64,000 bases of DNA from Alphaproteobacteria bacterium (GCA_037200745.1 JBBCHK010000008.1:12999-76998); one strand, 5' to 3'; positions 1-13,080 are shown, counted from the first letter of the stretch. Translations and numbers: made by a program. Notes: a model not told the origin generated them from the sequence alone.

Positions 1-55
1 AGAAGTGAATCATGAGAAAGAGGAATCGTTGTTAACTTGTTTAAGGAGACTACCC

Positions 56-148
56 ATGGTTATGAAGAAAAAAGCGAAGAAAAAAACCGTAGCGAAGAAA
101 TCCGCTTCGAAATCGGTTAAATCGAAGAAAAAAGCGAAGAAGAAGTAG
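56..148 (+). CDS. small Lys-rich basic protein, 30 aa (MVMKKKAKKKTVAKKSASKSVKSKKKAKKK)
   Basis: Own translation: ATG 56, TAG 146-148. AAGGAG at 43-48, 7 nt upstream. Hairpin plus T-run terminator follows directly. Too short for the ORF track. AT-rich context. No homolog recognised. Confidence 0.4.
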   Translation: MVMKKKAKKKTVAKKSASKSVKSKKKAKKK

Positions 149-171
149 CTTACTTTTTCTTCCTAGAGAAA

Positions 172-198
172 GGGCCGCTATTCAGCGGCCCTTTTTTT
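172..198 (+). terminator. rho-independent terminator
   Basis: GGGCCGC (172-178), loop, GCGGCCC (185-191), then TTTTTTT (192-198). Confidence 0.6.
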
Positions 199-212
199 AT
201 TTCCGCCGATCT

Positions 213-293
213 GTCATTGCGAGGAGCGAAGCGACGCGGCAATCCAGCTTGCTGCCTGGAAAGCTGGATCGCTTCGCTGCCGCTCGCAATGGC
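213..293. repeat. palindromic MITE/REP-like repeat, family A (GTCATTGCGAGGAGCGAAGCGAC..GCAATCCAG ... CTGGAT..CGCTCGCAATG)
   Basis: Same architecture and near-identical arms as the copies at 3826, 7536, 37848, 42805 and 53165. Confidence 0.85.
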
Positions 294-355
294 GGAAACA
301 AAAAAGGGGCGCATCTTTCGATGCGCCCCTTTTCGTTTAAGTCGAACGTCGGCGC

Positions 356-2521
<2,166 letters not shown>

Positions 2522-2685
2522 AGTAAGTAAGTCCTTTCTTTCCCCCTCCCTAACGCTTCACGTCCCCAATGGACGAAGCAACCGCAAAAAATAATATCTT
2601 CCGCGACCGATCAGGCGGGAGCCTGTTGCACACCGTTCTTTGACAAGGTCCGCCCACGGTGTGCCGGGTAGGCTTTCCTTTTCCT

Positions 2686-2764
2686 GTCATTCCCGCGAAA
2701 GCGGGAATCCAGTTCTTTTTAGTGCGCCTTCGGCGCGCTGGATCCCCGCCTGCGCGGGGATGAC
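2686..2764. repeat. palindromic MITE/REP-like repeat, family B (GTCATTCCCGCGAAAGCGGGAATCCAG ... CTGGAT(T/C)CCCGCCTGCGCGGG(G/A)ATGAC)
   Basis: Each arm is itself a hairpin (ATTCCCGC GAAA GCGGGAAT). Copies at 34850, 44099 and 61189, variant at 34387. Confidence 0.85.
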
Positions 2765-2801
2765 GGTTTCGTAAGCGCGCAAGCGCGCTAACTCAAAACC
2801 G

Positions 2802-3071
2802 TCATTTCCGAATGCCGAGCTTGCCGATGAGCGTCGAGTAACGCCTGGCGTCCTTGGCTTTCAGGTAGTCGAGCAGGCGGCGGCGGGCGCCGACCATTTT
2901 CAGCAGGCCGCGACGCGAATGGTGGTCCTTGAGGTGCGTCTGGAAGTGCGACGTCAGGTTGTTGATGCGCTCGGTGAGGATCGCCACTTGCACTTCCGGC
3001 GAGCCGGTGTCGCCTTTTTCAACGGCGTATTCTTCGATGAGCGCGGTTTTGCGCTCGGCGGTGATGGTCAT
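2802..3071 (-). CDS. rpsO: 30S ribosomal protein S15
   Basis: [89 protein letters not shown], 89 aa, the 3' part of ORF 2802..3914. Confidence 0.95.
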   Translation of the reverse strand: MTITAERKTALIEEYAVEKGDTGSPEVQVAILTERINNLTSHFQTHLKDHHSRRGLLKMVGARRRLLDYLKAKDARRYSTLIGKLGIRK

Positions 3072-3072
3072 G

Positions 3073-3830
3073 TCAGTTCCTATGCAGCATCGGGTTCTTG
3101 GCTCGCCGCCCGCCGGGATGCCGTCCAGCGTGGTGAGGAGCCAGGGGGTCGCCCCTGAGCCGGTGGCCTTATGCACGGAATCCGCGAGGAAATCCAGCGA
3201 AATTGCGTCCTTATCGGAAAACGGCCCCACCCGGGAGCGGTGCAGCGCCGAAATATACCCCTCGGAGCCCAGCGCACGGGCCATATCGCGGCCCAGAGCG
3301 CGGATATAGGTGCCTTTGGAGACCTCTGCCTCGAACCGGGCGACGCGCCCCTCAAGCCCCAGCAGGGATAGTGTATATAGAGTAACGACGCGCGGTTTCA
3401 GCACCACCTCCTGCCCTGCCCTCGCCAGGTCGTAGGCGCGCTGGCCGTCGATTTTCAGCGCGGAGAAAGCGGGCGGAAGCTGCTCGATCTCACCGGTGAA
3501 GCGCGGCAGGATGGCGCGAATCTGCTCGGCGGTGGGAATCACGTCCGAGGTGGCGACCACCTCGCCTTCCGCATCGTCCGTCGCGCGGGCCTCGCCGAAG
3601 GTGACGGAAAAACGGTAGCCCTTGGTCGCGTCCATCAGCAGGTGGATGGACTTGGTCATCTTGCCGAGCGCCAGCGGCAGCACCCCGGTCGCCAGCGGGT
3701 CGAGCGTGCCGGCATGGCCGACCTTGGCGGCATTCGTAGTGCGCTTGGCGGCGGCGACGGCGCGCGCCGAGGTCATGCCGAGCGGCTTGTTCAGGTTGAT
3801 CCAGCCGGTGATGTTCTGTTTTTCCGTCAT
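3073..3830 (-). CDS. truB: tRNA pseudouridine-55 synthase, short form. Reads through into rpsO in the given frame
   Basis: [50 protein letters not shown] motifs. There is no in-frame stop before rpsO. An out-of-frame TGA at 3073-3075 sits 1 nt before the rpsO ATG. Confidence 0.85.
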
Positions 3831-3918
3831 TGCGAGGAGCGAAGCGACGAAGCAATCCAGTCCTTGCAACCGGCATCGTCCGGATTGCCACGTCGGCCGA
3901 TGGCCTCCTCGCAATGAC
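3826..3918. repeat. family A palindromic repeat filling the rbfA-truB gap
   Basis: GTCATTGCGAGGAGCGAAGCGACGAAGCAATCCAG ... CCTCCTCGCAATGAC. Its terminal GTCAT contains the truB ATG (3828-3830, minus strand). Confidence 0.85.
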
Positions 3919-3920
3919 GG

Positions 3921-4322
3921 TTATTCATCGTCTTTCTTTACGACATCGGCGCGCACGCGCTCGCTGTTGAGCAGCTGGTTGATGCGGCCCGCCACCTCGT
4001 ACGACACGTCGAGCTTGAAGTTCAGCTTCGGCACGTGGCGCAGGATGACGCGCTTGCTCATCAGGCTGCGGATGTGGCCGCCATGCTCCTTGAGCGCGAC
4101 CATGACCTCTTCCTTGTGGTTGCCGTTGAGCGGCATCACGTAGGCGGTCGCATTCTTGAGGTCGGGGCTGATGCGCACTTCCGAGACGGTGATCGAGGAG
4201 GAATCGAGCGCGAGGACATGCGTCTCGCCCAGCGCGAAGATCTGCGCCAGCGCGTTGCGCAATTCCTCGCCGACGCGCAGCTGGCGCTGCGAGGGCATGC
4301 GGGGTGCTTCGGAACGGGCCAT
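3921..4322 (-). CDS. rbfA: ribosome-binding factor A
   Basis: MARSEAPRMPSQRQLRVGEELRNALAQIF..ITVSEVRISPDLKNATAYVMPL, 133 aa, in the conserved position between infB and truB. Confidence 0.9.
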   Translation of the reverse strand: MARSEAPRMPSQRQLRVGEELRNALAQIFALGETHVLALDSSSITVSEVRISPDLKNATAYVMPLNGNHKEEVMVALKEHGGHIRSLMSKRVILRHVPKLNFKLDVSYEVAGRINQLLNSERVRADVVKKDDE

Positions 4323-4330
4323 GGGCTGCC

Positions 4331-6860
4331 TTAAGCGCTCGCTTGCTGTTCTTCGGCCGGGGCGGCCGCCGCCTTCGGCGCGTTGGCTTGCACCGTGCGG
4401 GCGATGGAGCTGACCTCGAAACATTCGATCTGGTCGCCCTGGCGCATGTCGTCGTAATGCTCGAAGGCCATGCCGCACTCGAAGCCGGCCTTGACTTCCT
4501 TCACTTCGTCCTTGAAGCGCTTGAGCGTCTTGAGCGTGCCTTCGTGGACGACGACGTTGTCGCGCAGCAGGCGCACTTTCGCGCCGCGCTTGACGGTGCC
4601 GTCGGTGACCATGCAGCCGGCGACCTTGCCGACCTTGGTGATATTGAACACCTCGCGGATCTCCGCGTAGCCGATGAATTCCTCGCGCAGCTCGGGCGAG
4701 AGAAGCCCGGAGAGCGCCGCCTTGATGTCGTCGATGACGTTATAGATGATCGAGTAGTAGCGGATATCGACCTTCTGCGCGCTGGCGAGCTCTTTCGCTT
4801 TCGGCATCGCGCGCACGTTGAAGCCGATGATCATCGCGCCGGTGGCCTGCGCCAGCGTGACGTCCGACTCGTTGATGGCGCCGACGCCGGAATGGATGAC
4901 GCGGACCTTCACCTCGTCGCCGTTGAAGCGCGAGAGCGAGCCGACGATGGCCTCCGTCGAGCCGTGCACGTCCGACTTGACGATGATGGGAAAGCTCCCT
5001 CGCCGAGGTCTTGCCGGCGATGGCGAACAGCTGCTCGACCGAGCGCGCCGAAGCGGCGGAGACGCGTTTCTTCTCTTTCTCGCGGCGGTATTCGACGATG
5101 TCGCGCGCGGGCCTTCTCGTTCTCGGCAGCGGCGAATTCGTCGCCCGCCTCCGGCGTGACGTCGAGGCCGAGTATCTCCACCGGAACGCTCGGGCCGGCT
5201 TCGTCGATCGCCACGCCCTTGTCGTTGACCAGCGCACGGGCGCGGCCGTAGGCGGCGCCGGCGACGACGAGGTCGCCCACCCGCAGCGTGCCGCGCTGGA
5301 CGAGCAGCGTGGCGACCGTGCCGCGACCGCGATCGACGCGCGCCTCGATGACGGTGCCGGAAGCGCGGCGATCCGGGTTGGCGGTGAGCTCCATGACCTC
5401 GGCCTGCAGCAGGATGGCTTCCTGCAGCTTGTCGAGGTTGGTCTTCGCCTTGGCCGAGACCTCGACGACGATGGTCTCGCCGCCGAATTCCTCGGGCACG
5501 AGCCCGTAGCTCATCAGCTCGGTCTTGATGCGCTTGGCGTCGGCGCCCGGCTTGTCGATCTTGTTGACGGCGACGATGATCGGCACGCCCGCCGCTTTCG
5601 CGTGGGAAATGGCCTCGATGGTCTGCGGCATGATACCGTCGTCGGCGGCGACGACGAGCACGACGATGTCGGTGACTTTCGCGCCGCGCGCGCGCATGGC
5701 GGTGAAGGCCTCGTGGCCGGGCGTGTCGAGGAAGGTGATCTTCTGGCCGGAATCGAGCGTGACCTGGTAGGCGCCGATATGCTGGGTGATGCCGCCCGCC
5801 TCGCCGGCGACGACGTCGGTATGGCGCAGCGCGTCGAGCAGCGAGGTCTTGCCGTGGTCGACATGGCCCATGATGGTGACGACCGGCGAGCGCGGCGAGA
5901 GCGCTTCGGCCGCGTCCGCGTCCTGCACGAGATGCTCCTCGACGTCCGCCTCGGAGACGCGGCGCGCCTTGTGGCCGAAGGTGCCGACGATGATCTCCGC
6001 CGTGTCGGCGTCGAGCGACTGGTTGGGCGTGGCCATGGTGCCGAGCTTGAGCAGCTCCTTGATGACGTCCACCGCGCGCTCGGCCATGCGGTTGGCGAGC
6101 TCCTGCACAGTGATGAGCTCGGGGATCTGCACCTCGCGCACGATCTTTTCCTGCTGCGAGGACGGCACGACGTGGCCTTTTTTATGCACCTTCGCGCGCT
6201 GGCGCTTCACGGCGGAGAGCGAGCGGACTTTAATATCGTCGTCCATGCCCAGCGCCTGGGCGATGGTCAGCTTGCCGGCGCGCTTGTATTCCTCGACCTC
6301 GCCGGTGGGCTTGGCCTTCTTGCGCTCGGCCTCCTCGTCGACGCGCGGGGCGGGCGCGGCGAAGACCGGGCGCTTGGCGGCGGCCTTGGCGGCGGCGGCG
6401 CGGGCGCTCGGAGCGCCCTGCATGCGCGCGAGGTTGCGCGCGGCGAGGTCGTCCATCGGCGTTTTGGCGCTGGTGCGGATGCCGGTCTCGGCGCCGCCGT
6501 TTATCGCCGGCGTCCTCGTCGGGCTGCTCGTTGGCGGTGAAGTTGGCGAAATTCTCGTTCTTCTCGTTCTCGGCCTTCTCGGCCTGCTGCAGGGCGCGCA
6601 GCCGCGCCTCGCGCTCGGCCTGGTTGAGCATGCGCTGCTTGGTCGCTTCCGACGTGCCGCGATCGACCTCGACCATGCCGGCCGCGCCCCTTGGCGAAGG
6701 TGCGCGTCTTCTTCACCTCGACGGTGACGGTCTTGCTGCGGCCGCGCTGGAAATTCTGCTTCACCTTGCCCGATTCGACCGTTTTGGTCAGCGAAAGGGT
6801 GTTGGGCGAGCTCAGTTTCAGCGCGTCCTTCTTGCCGGGTGGGGTATTGTTATCGTTCAT
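4331..6860 (-). CDS. infB: translation initiation factor IF-2, frame broken at least 4 times
   Basis: Fragments 6501..6860 (N-terminus), 6230..6676, 4909..6456 (GTPase core [33 protein letters not shown]), 4740..5237 and 4331..4969 (C-terminus). At about 4990 a 1-nt insertion in a T run (GAGCTTTCCCATC) restores [21 protein letters not shown] when removed. Confidence 0.95.
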
Positions 6861-6902
6861 TCAGACCCTAAAAATTCCGTGGAGTGGGGCGTTTAGCACC
6901 GT

Positions 6903-7517
6903 TCACGCGAGAAATAAAGCGAAACGGCGGGCGGTCTCGATAAAAAACGGGGCCGCCGGGCCCTGCAGCACCGCCACGTGGACGGTGTTCTCGCGCCCCA
7001 GCACTTCGTCCAGCCATTCGCGGGGCAGAGAGTCGAAGGTGGGGATGCCGTCGGCGCGCAGCTTCTTCAGCCCGTCCGCCCCCGCGCCGGGAGCATGGAT
7101 GAGCGCCGCGACCTTGCCCTCATGTAGTGCGTTCTCGACCTTTTCAAAGCCCGCGATGACCTGGCCGGCCTTGCGGGCGAGCGACAGCGCGTTCTTTACC
7201 TGCGTCGCCATCAGCTCCTCCAGCCGGTTGAGGAAATCGAAGGGCGGCTGGGCGCCGCCGGTAGCGCGCGACAGCGATTTCTTGGCGATCGCCTCGGCGA
7301 CGATCAGGCGCGAATTGGTGAGGTAATACCCCCTGCCCGGCAGCTTGCCGGTGAGGTCGGCGACGATGACGTTCTTCGGCCCGACGACGAAGCGGATCAG
7401 CTCCCCCTTCGGCTTGCTCATGCGCGTGACGAGGCAGGTGCGCTCCGGGCTTTTCCTGTCCTCGATCTCGGGCGGGAGCTCGGCCTCTTCGGCTTCGACT
7501 GCGGTCTCTTCGCTCAT
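6903..7517 (-). CDS. YlxR (DUF448) / L7Ae-like RNA-binding protein of the nusA-infB operon
   Basis: ERTCLVTRMSKPKGELIRFVVGP..LPGRGYYL motif, a C-terminal L7Ae-like part, and the position between nusA and infB. Confidence 0.8.
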   Translation of the reverse strand: MSEETAVEAEEAELPPEIEDRKSPERTCLVTRMSKPKGELIRFVVGPKNVIVADLTGKLPGRGYYLTNSRLIVAEAIAKKSLSRATGGAQPPFDFLNRLEELMATQVKNALSLARKAGQVIAGFEKVENALHEGKVAALIHAPGAGADGLKKLRADGIPTFDSLPREWLDEVLGRENTVHVAVLQGPAAPFFIETARRFALFLA

Positions 7518-7535
7518 AGTGCTTTTTGCTTTCCC

Positions 7536-7630
7536 GTCATTGCGAGCGACCATCGGGAGCGCGGCAATCCAGTCGATGCCACCGGCAAGAACTGGATTGC
7601 CGCGTCGCGCGATGCGCTCCTCGCAATGAC
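7536..7630. repeat. family A palindromic repeat (nusA-ylxR gap)
   Basis: GTCATTGCGAGCGACC..GCGGCAATCCAG ... CTGGATTGCCGCG..CTCCTCGCAATGAC. Confidence 0.85.
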
Positions 7631-7635
7631 GCTGC

Positions 7636-9233
7636 CTAGGCTTCCTTCGCCTGGCCTTCCGCCTGCTCTTCTTCCACCGGCGCCCCTTCGCGTGCGGCTT
7701 TCATCTGGGCCAGCTCTTCCGGGCTGAACCATTTCTCGCGCGCTTTCATGATCATCGCCTCGACGTCCTCGCGCGTCATGCCCGGCTTGGGGATGATCTC
7801 GAAGAACTCGTCGGTGGCGAGGCCGGCGAAATCGTCCACCGATTTCACGCCGGCTTCGGCCAGCTTGGTGACCATGTCGCCGCTCAGCCCCTCATGCTTG
7901 ATGAACGCGTCCTCGACGCCCATGGCTTTGAGCTTCGCGGTGAGCTCGGCCTCTTTCGTGTCGAGGTATTCCTTCGCGCGCTGGCGGAGCTCCTCGGCGA
8001 CGTTCTCGTCGAAGCCCTCGATGCCGGCGAGGTCCTCGGTCGGCACGTAGGCCACTTCTTCGACGCTGCTGAAGCCTTCGGTCACCAGCAGGTGGGCGAT
8101 GACCTCCTCGACGTTGAGCGCTTCGATGAACAGCGCCGACAGGGCGGTTGAATTCCTGCGTGCGGCGCTCGGATTCGGCGTCTTCCGTCAGGATGTCGAT
8201 GTTCCAGCCGGAAAGCTGCGCCGCGAGGCGCACGTTCTGCCCGCGCCGGCCCGATGGCGAGCGAAAGCTGCTCGTCCGGCACCACGACCTCGATGCGGCC
8301 CGCATCCTCGTCGATGACGACCTTGGACACCTCGGCGGAGGAGAGTGCATTGACCACGAAGGTCGCCGGGTCCTCGGCGAACTGCACGATGTCGATCTTC
8401 TCGCCCTGCAATTCGGAAACGACCGCCTGCACGCGCGAGCCGCGCACGCCGACGCAGCTCAGCACCGGGTTGACGGACGGGTCGTTGCTCTGCACGGCGA
8501 TCTTGGCGCGGCTGCCCGGGTCGCGGGCGACGGCCTTGATCTCGATGATGCCGTCGTAGATCACCGGCACTTCCTGCATGAAGAGCTTCGCCATGAATTC
8601 CGGCCGCGTGCGCGACAGGAACACCTGCGGGCCGTTCTTCTCGCGGCGCACGTCGAAGATGTAGGCGCGGATGCGGTCGCCGGGGCGGAACAGCTCGCGC
8701 GGGATCAGCTCGTCCTTGCGGATGACGGCCTCGGCGCGGCCGAAATCGACCGTCACGTTGCCGTATTCGACGCGCTTGACCACGCCGTTGACGATCTCGC
8801 CGACGCGATCCTTGAACTCGTCGTACTGGTGCTCGCGCTCGTAGTCGCGGACCTTCTGGACGATGACCTGCTTCGCCGTCTGCGCGGCGACGCGGCCGAA
8901 ATCGATGGGCGGCAGCTCATCGCGGATCTCGGCGCCGATCTCCAGCGACTTGTCGCGCTTCTGGGCTTCTTCCAGCGTGATCTGCTGCGCTTCCTTCTCC
9001 GGCTCGACCGCCTCGACCACGGTGATGACGCGGTAGAGCGAGATGGCGCCCGTCTTGCGGTCGATCGAGGAGCGGATGTCGTGCTCCTGCCCGTATTTCT
9101 TGCGGCCGGCGATCTGGATCGCGTTCTCCATCGATTCGAGCACCTGGTCGCGCTCGATGTTCTTCTCACGCGCCACCGCGTCCGCGATCTGCAGCATTTC
9201 GGTCGAGCCGTGGATCACCTGGGGAACTGCCAT
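7636..9233 (-). CDS. nusA: transcription termination/antitermination factor NusA, frame broken at least 2 times near 8090-8250
   Basis: ORF 8082..9233 (N-terminal, S1 and KH domains), fragment GRRGQNVRLAAQLSGWNIDILTE in frame 7892..8350, and the C-terminal HhH repeats in 7636..8085. Confidence 0.95.
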
Positions 9234-9298
9234 TGTCTTCTCCTTCTTCTTTCTTCTTTATTTTGTCATGCCGTCCTCATGACGGCATCCATTGTGGG

Positions 9299-9789
9299 TC
9301 ATGATGCTTTTTTCTGGTGCGCCTTGATCAGCTCGTCGGTCAGCACCAGCTTGGCCGATTGAATGTCGCGGTAGGGCAGGAATATTTTTTCCCCGTCGAC
9401 GACGAGCACCACCCGCCCCTCGTCGAGCCCGTCGAGCTTGCCGGTGAAGCGGCGCCGTCCGTCGACGGCAGCGCGGTCTCCACCTTGGCGAGGTGGCCCT
9501 TGTAGTGGTTGTAGTCCTTCTCGCGCGTCAGCGGGCGGTCGATGCCGGGCGAGCTGACCTCGAGCCGGTACGCGTCCGGGATGGCGTCCTCGACGTCGAG
9601 GATCGCCGAGACCTGGTTGCTGATGGCGGCGCAATCCTCCACCGTCATCCCGCCTTCCGGCCGCTCGGCCATGATCTGCAGCAGGCGCGACTTGTTGCCG
9701 TCCATCAGGCGCAGCTGCACCAGCTCGAACCCCATCGCTTCGATGGAGGGGCGGATCAGGGCTTCGATCTTCTCACTCAATGAACTCAT
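9299..9789 (-). CDS. rimP: ribosome maturation factor RimP, one frameshift near 9470
   Basis: MSSLSEKIEALIRPSIEAMGFELVQLRL..YRLEVSSPGIDRPLTREKDY (9340..9789), continued by FTGKLDGLDEGRVVLVVDGEKIFLPYRDIQSAKLVLTDELI (9299..9634). Confidence 0.9.
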
Positions 9790-9843
9790 TTTTACTTCTT
9801 CATTTTGTTTTTCCCGAACTCCCGTTCGAAAAAACGCGGCAAT

Positions 9844-9867
9844 AAAAAAGGCGGCTCGCGGGCCACC
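9844..9867 (-). terminator. rho-independent terminator after the 163-aa gene
   Basis: Minus strand reads GGTGGC CCGCGA GCCGCC TTTTTT. Confidence 0.55.
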
Positions 9868-9933
9868 TCTTCGGATGTGTATATGAATGTTGGGGGGTAT
9901 TTAGGCCCCGCACGGCCCAAAATCAAGCCTTAT

Positions 9934-10425
9934 TTAGATGCCGCGCGTATTCGGGTCGAGTGCGCGGGGCACATAGCTATGCGTGGGGTCGGGATCTCTC
10001 TTCGTTACCGGCGTATAGGTAATGGCGCCGTTCTTCGCCACATCGCGCTTCAGGCCATGGAACTCAAGGAATCCTTTAAGGAACTGGGCGCGCTGGTCCT
10101 CAGGCACCAGATCGAGCATGCCCTTGATCTCACTTTCGAGCTTGGCGGTGCGCGCGTTGTTCTCTTTGTTCAGCCGCGCGATCTCGGCAGTGTCCTTCGC
10201 GATGGTCGCATTGTCCTTCGCGGTATCGGGGAAAAACCAGCTGTTCTTGTCCTTCACCGCATCCGCAATCTCGGCGCGATCGCCTTGAATGATGGGCGCG
10301 TTCGCGGCATTCAGGCGAATGCCGATCGCATCGAAATTCGCTTTCTCCGCGTTGTCCTTGCGCGGATCCTGCGTATCCACGACGGTGTAGGACGGAACGA
10401 CGATGCCGGGACTGAAATCGGCCAT
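9934..10425 (-). CDS. hypothetical protein, 163 aa
   Basis: Intact ORF with a strong AGGAGAAGAGG RBS upstream. Lower GC than its neighbours. Central coiled-coil-like Lys/Glu/Asn-rich part. No family recognised. Confidence 0.6.
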   Translation of the reverse strand: MADFSPGIVVPSYTVVDTQDPRKDNAEKANFDAIGIRLNAANAPIIQGDRAEIADAVKDKNSWFFPDTAKDNATIAKDTAEIARLNKENNARTAKLESEIKGMLDLVPEDQRAQFLKGFLEFHGLKRDVAKNGAITYTPVTKRDPDPTHSYVPRALDPNTRGI

Positions 10426-10509
10426 GACTTACCTCTTCTCCTTTGGAGAATACGCCGGAGCGATTAAAAAACCATTAAAAATGAGCGGCGGCCGCGCGCA
10501 GGATGGCCG

Positions 10510-10860
10510 CTATCCCCCTGGGGTCCGCACGGGCGCCATGCCCTGAAGCCGCTCCACCGCTTCTTGCAAAAGGGGCACCTGCGCTTCGTTGGCCACGGCG
10601 ACGCTGATGGTCGGGCGGCGGTCGTCCTGCGAGACCACTCCCCAGAATGGCTCCCTGCAATCGACTTGCTGTTTTTTCAGGTAATCCTCGAACTCGCTGG
10701 CGACGTTCGTCAAATCCCGGCCGGTCCATCCGTCGTCTAGCCGCACATAGCAGCGAAGCGTGCCGCTCGCGTCGGAGGTCGACACTTCTTTGACCGCAGC
10801 GCCGAGTTTTGCGAGCATCGTTTGCTTGTAAGCGGCTTTTTCTTCCGGTGTGAATACCAT
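10510..10860 (-). CDS. hypothetical protein, 116 aa
   Basis: Intact ORF with AAGGAGAGG RBS. Hairpin plus T-run downstream at about 10462-10500. No family recognised. Confidence 0.6.
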   Translation of the reverse strand: MVFTPEEKAAYKQTMLAKLGAAVKEVSTSDASGTLRCYVRLDDGWTGRDLTNVASEFEDYLKKQQVDCREPFWGVVSQDDRRPTISVAVANEAQVPLLQEAVERLQGMAPVRTPGG

Positions 10861-10923
10861 ATGTCCTCTCCTTGAGGGAATGTGAATATATTAAGAAGAA
10901 TTAACTGCCAAGCGATATTGCGC

Positions 10924-11686
10924 TCAGGCGCGCCTGCACTCGAAAAATAGCGGGTTCCGGCCCTGTTCGGTCGTTTTGCGCTGGTATTTGGTCTGGGTCC
11001 AGTCGGCGGGCGGGGTGTTCCAGTCGGCCTGCGCGCGCGCCGTCCAGCGGTAGTGCGGGGTGGTGAGCAGGCGCTCCAGTATCCACGCCGCGAGTAATCC
11101 GCATGGTCGGTGGCGATGAGCAGGCGACCGCCTTTCTTATGCGCGCGCGCCAGCATCGCCAGCGTTTCGGCGCTGATGAGCCGGCGCTTATTGTGGCGCA
11201 ATTTCGGCCACGGGTCGGGGAAGAGGATGAAGATCTCGCTGAGGCAGGACTCCGGCAGCGCCCGCACCAGCAGGCGCGCGTCGTCGGTGAAGAGGCGGAT
11301 ATTCTTCACGCCATGCTTCTCGATGCCGGTGAGCAGCTTGGCGACGCCGTTGATGAACGGCTCGCAGCGACGAACAGCGTGTCGCGGCGGTGCACGGCCT
11401 GCGCCAGCAGGTGCTCGCCCGCGCCGAAGCCGATCTCGAGGGCGATGTGGTCATAGCCCTCTCCTGCAAGGGGGAGGGTTGGGTGGGGGTCTGCCGAGTT
11501 TCGACTGGCAATGCTTCGACGGGCGGGACCACCGCTGACCCCCACCCTGCCCCTCCCCCTTGCAGGGGGGAGGGAAATTTCGAGCTGCGGCAGCAGCTCG
11601 TCGACCAGTTGCTGCTGGTGCGGCGGAGGCTGCGCCCGCGATTGCTGGCCGTAGGAGGAGAGGAATGCGGGACGTTCGCCGTGCAT
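10924..11686 (-). CDS. trmB: tRNA (guanine-N7)-methyltransferase with a repeat-derived in-frame insert and at least 2 frameshifts
   Basis: LEIGFGAGEHL, FILFPDPWPKLRHNKRR and own translation of the C-terminus WILERLLTTPHYRWTARAQADWNTPPADWTQTKYQRKTTEQGRNPLFFECRRA with stop at 10924-10926. A 1-nt deletion at about 11365 (GTCGCTGCGAG instead of GTCGGCTGCGAG) restores CEPFINGVAKLLTGIEKHGVKNIRLF when corrected. Start is uncertain (11686 or 11752). Confidence 0.85.
11457..11574. repeat. family D repeat (CCCTC..hairpin, GGTTGGGTGGGGG ... CCCCCACCC, CCCTCCCCC..GGGGGAGGG hairpin) lying inside the trmB reading frame
   Basis: Same architecture as 33716-33811 and 13081-13270. Translated as SLPPARGRGRVGVSGGPARRSIASRNSADPHPTLPLAGEG. 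Confidence 0.75.
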
Positions 11687-11729
11687 CGCGCGCAGCTTAC
11701 GTACCGGCGCGCGCGGCGCAACGGAAAAG

Positions 11730-12936
<1,207 letters not shown>

Positions 12937-13080
12937 GATGCGGGCGATTGGCGCGTGACACGCCTCTTTGCTTAGACGGAGATGGCCGCCAAGCACCAAA
13001 TGCCCACTTGCGGTCGCTTTCTAGCCGGAATGGTGGGCGCGTCAATGGAATCATGGCATGCGACCTGCACATTTATTTTC

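Noticed and set aside
4331-6860. Programmed ribosomal frameshifting or genuine pseudogenisation as the cause of broken infB, nusA, metK and tyrS.
   Set aside because: There are too many sites per gene and no slippery-heptamer/pseudoknot pattern. The resolved cases are homopolymer indels. The genes are essential and otherwise perfectly conserved.
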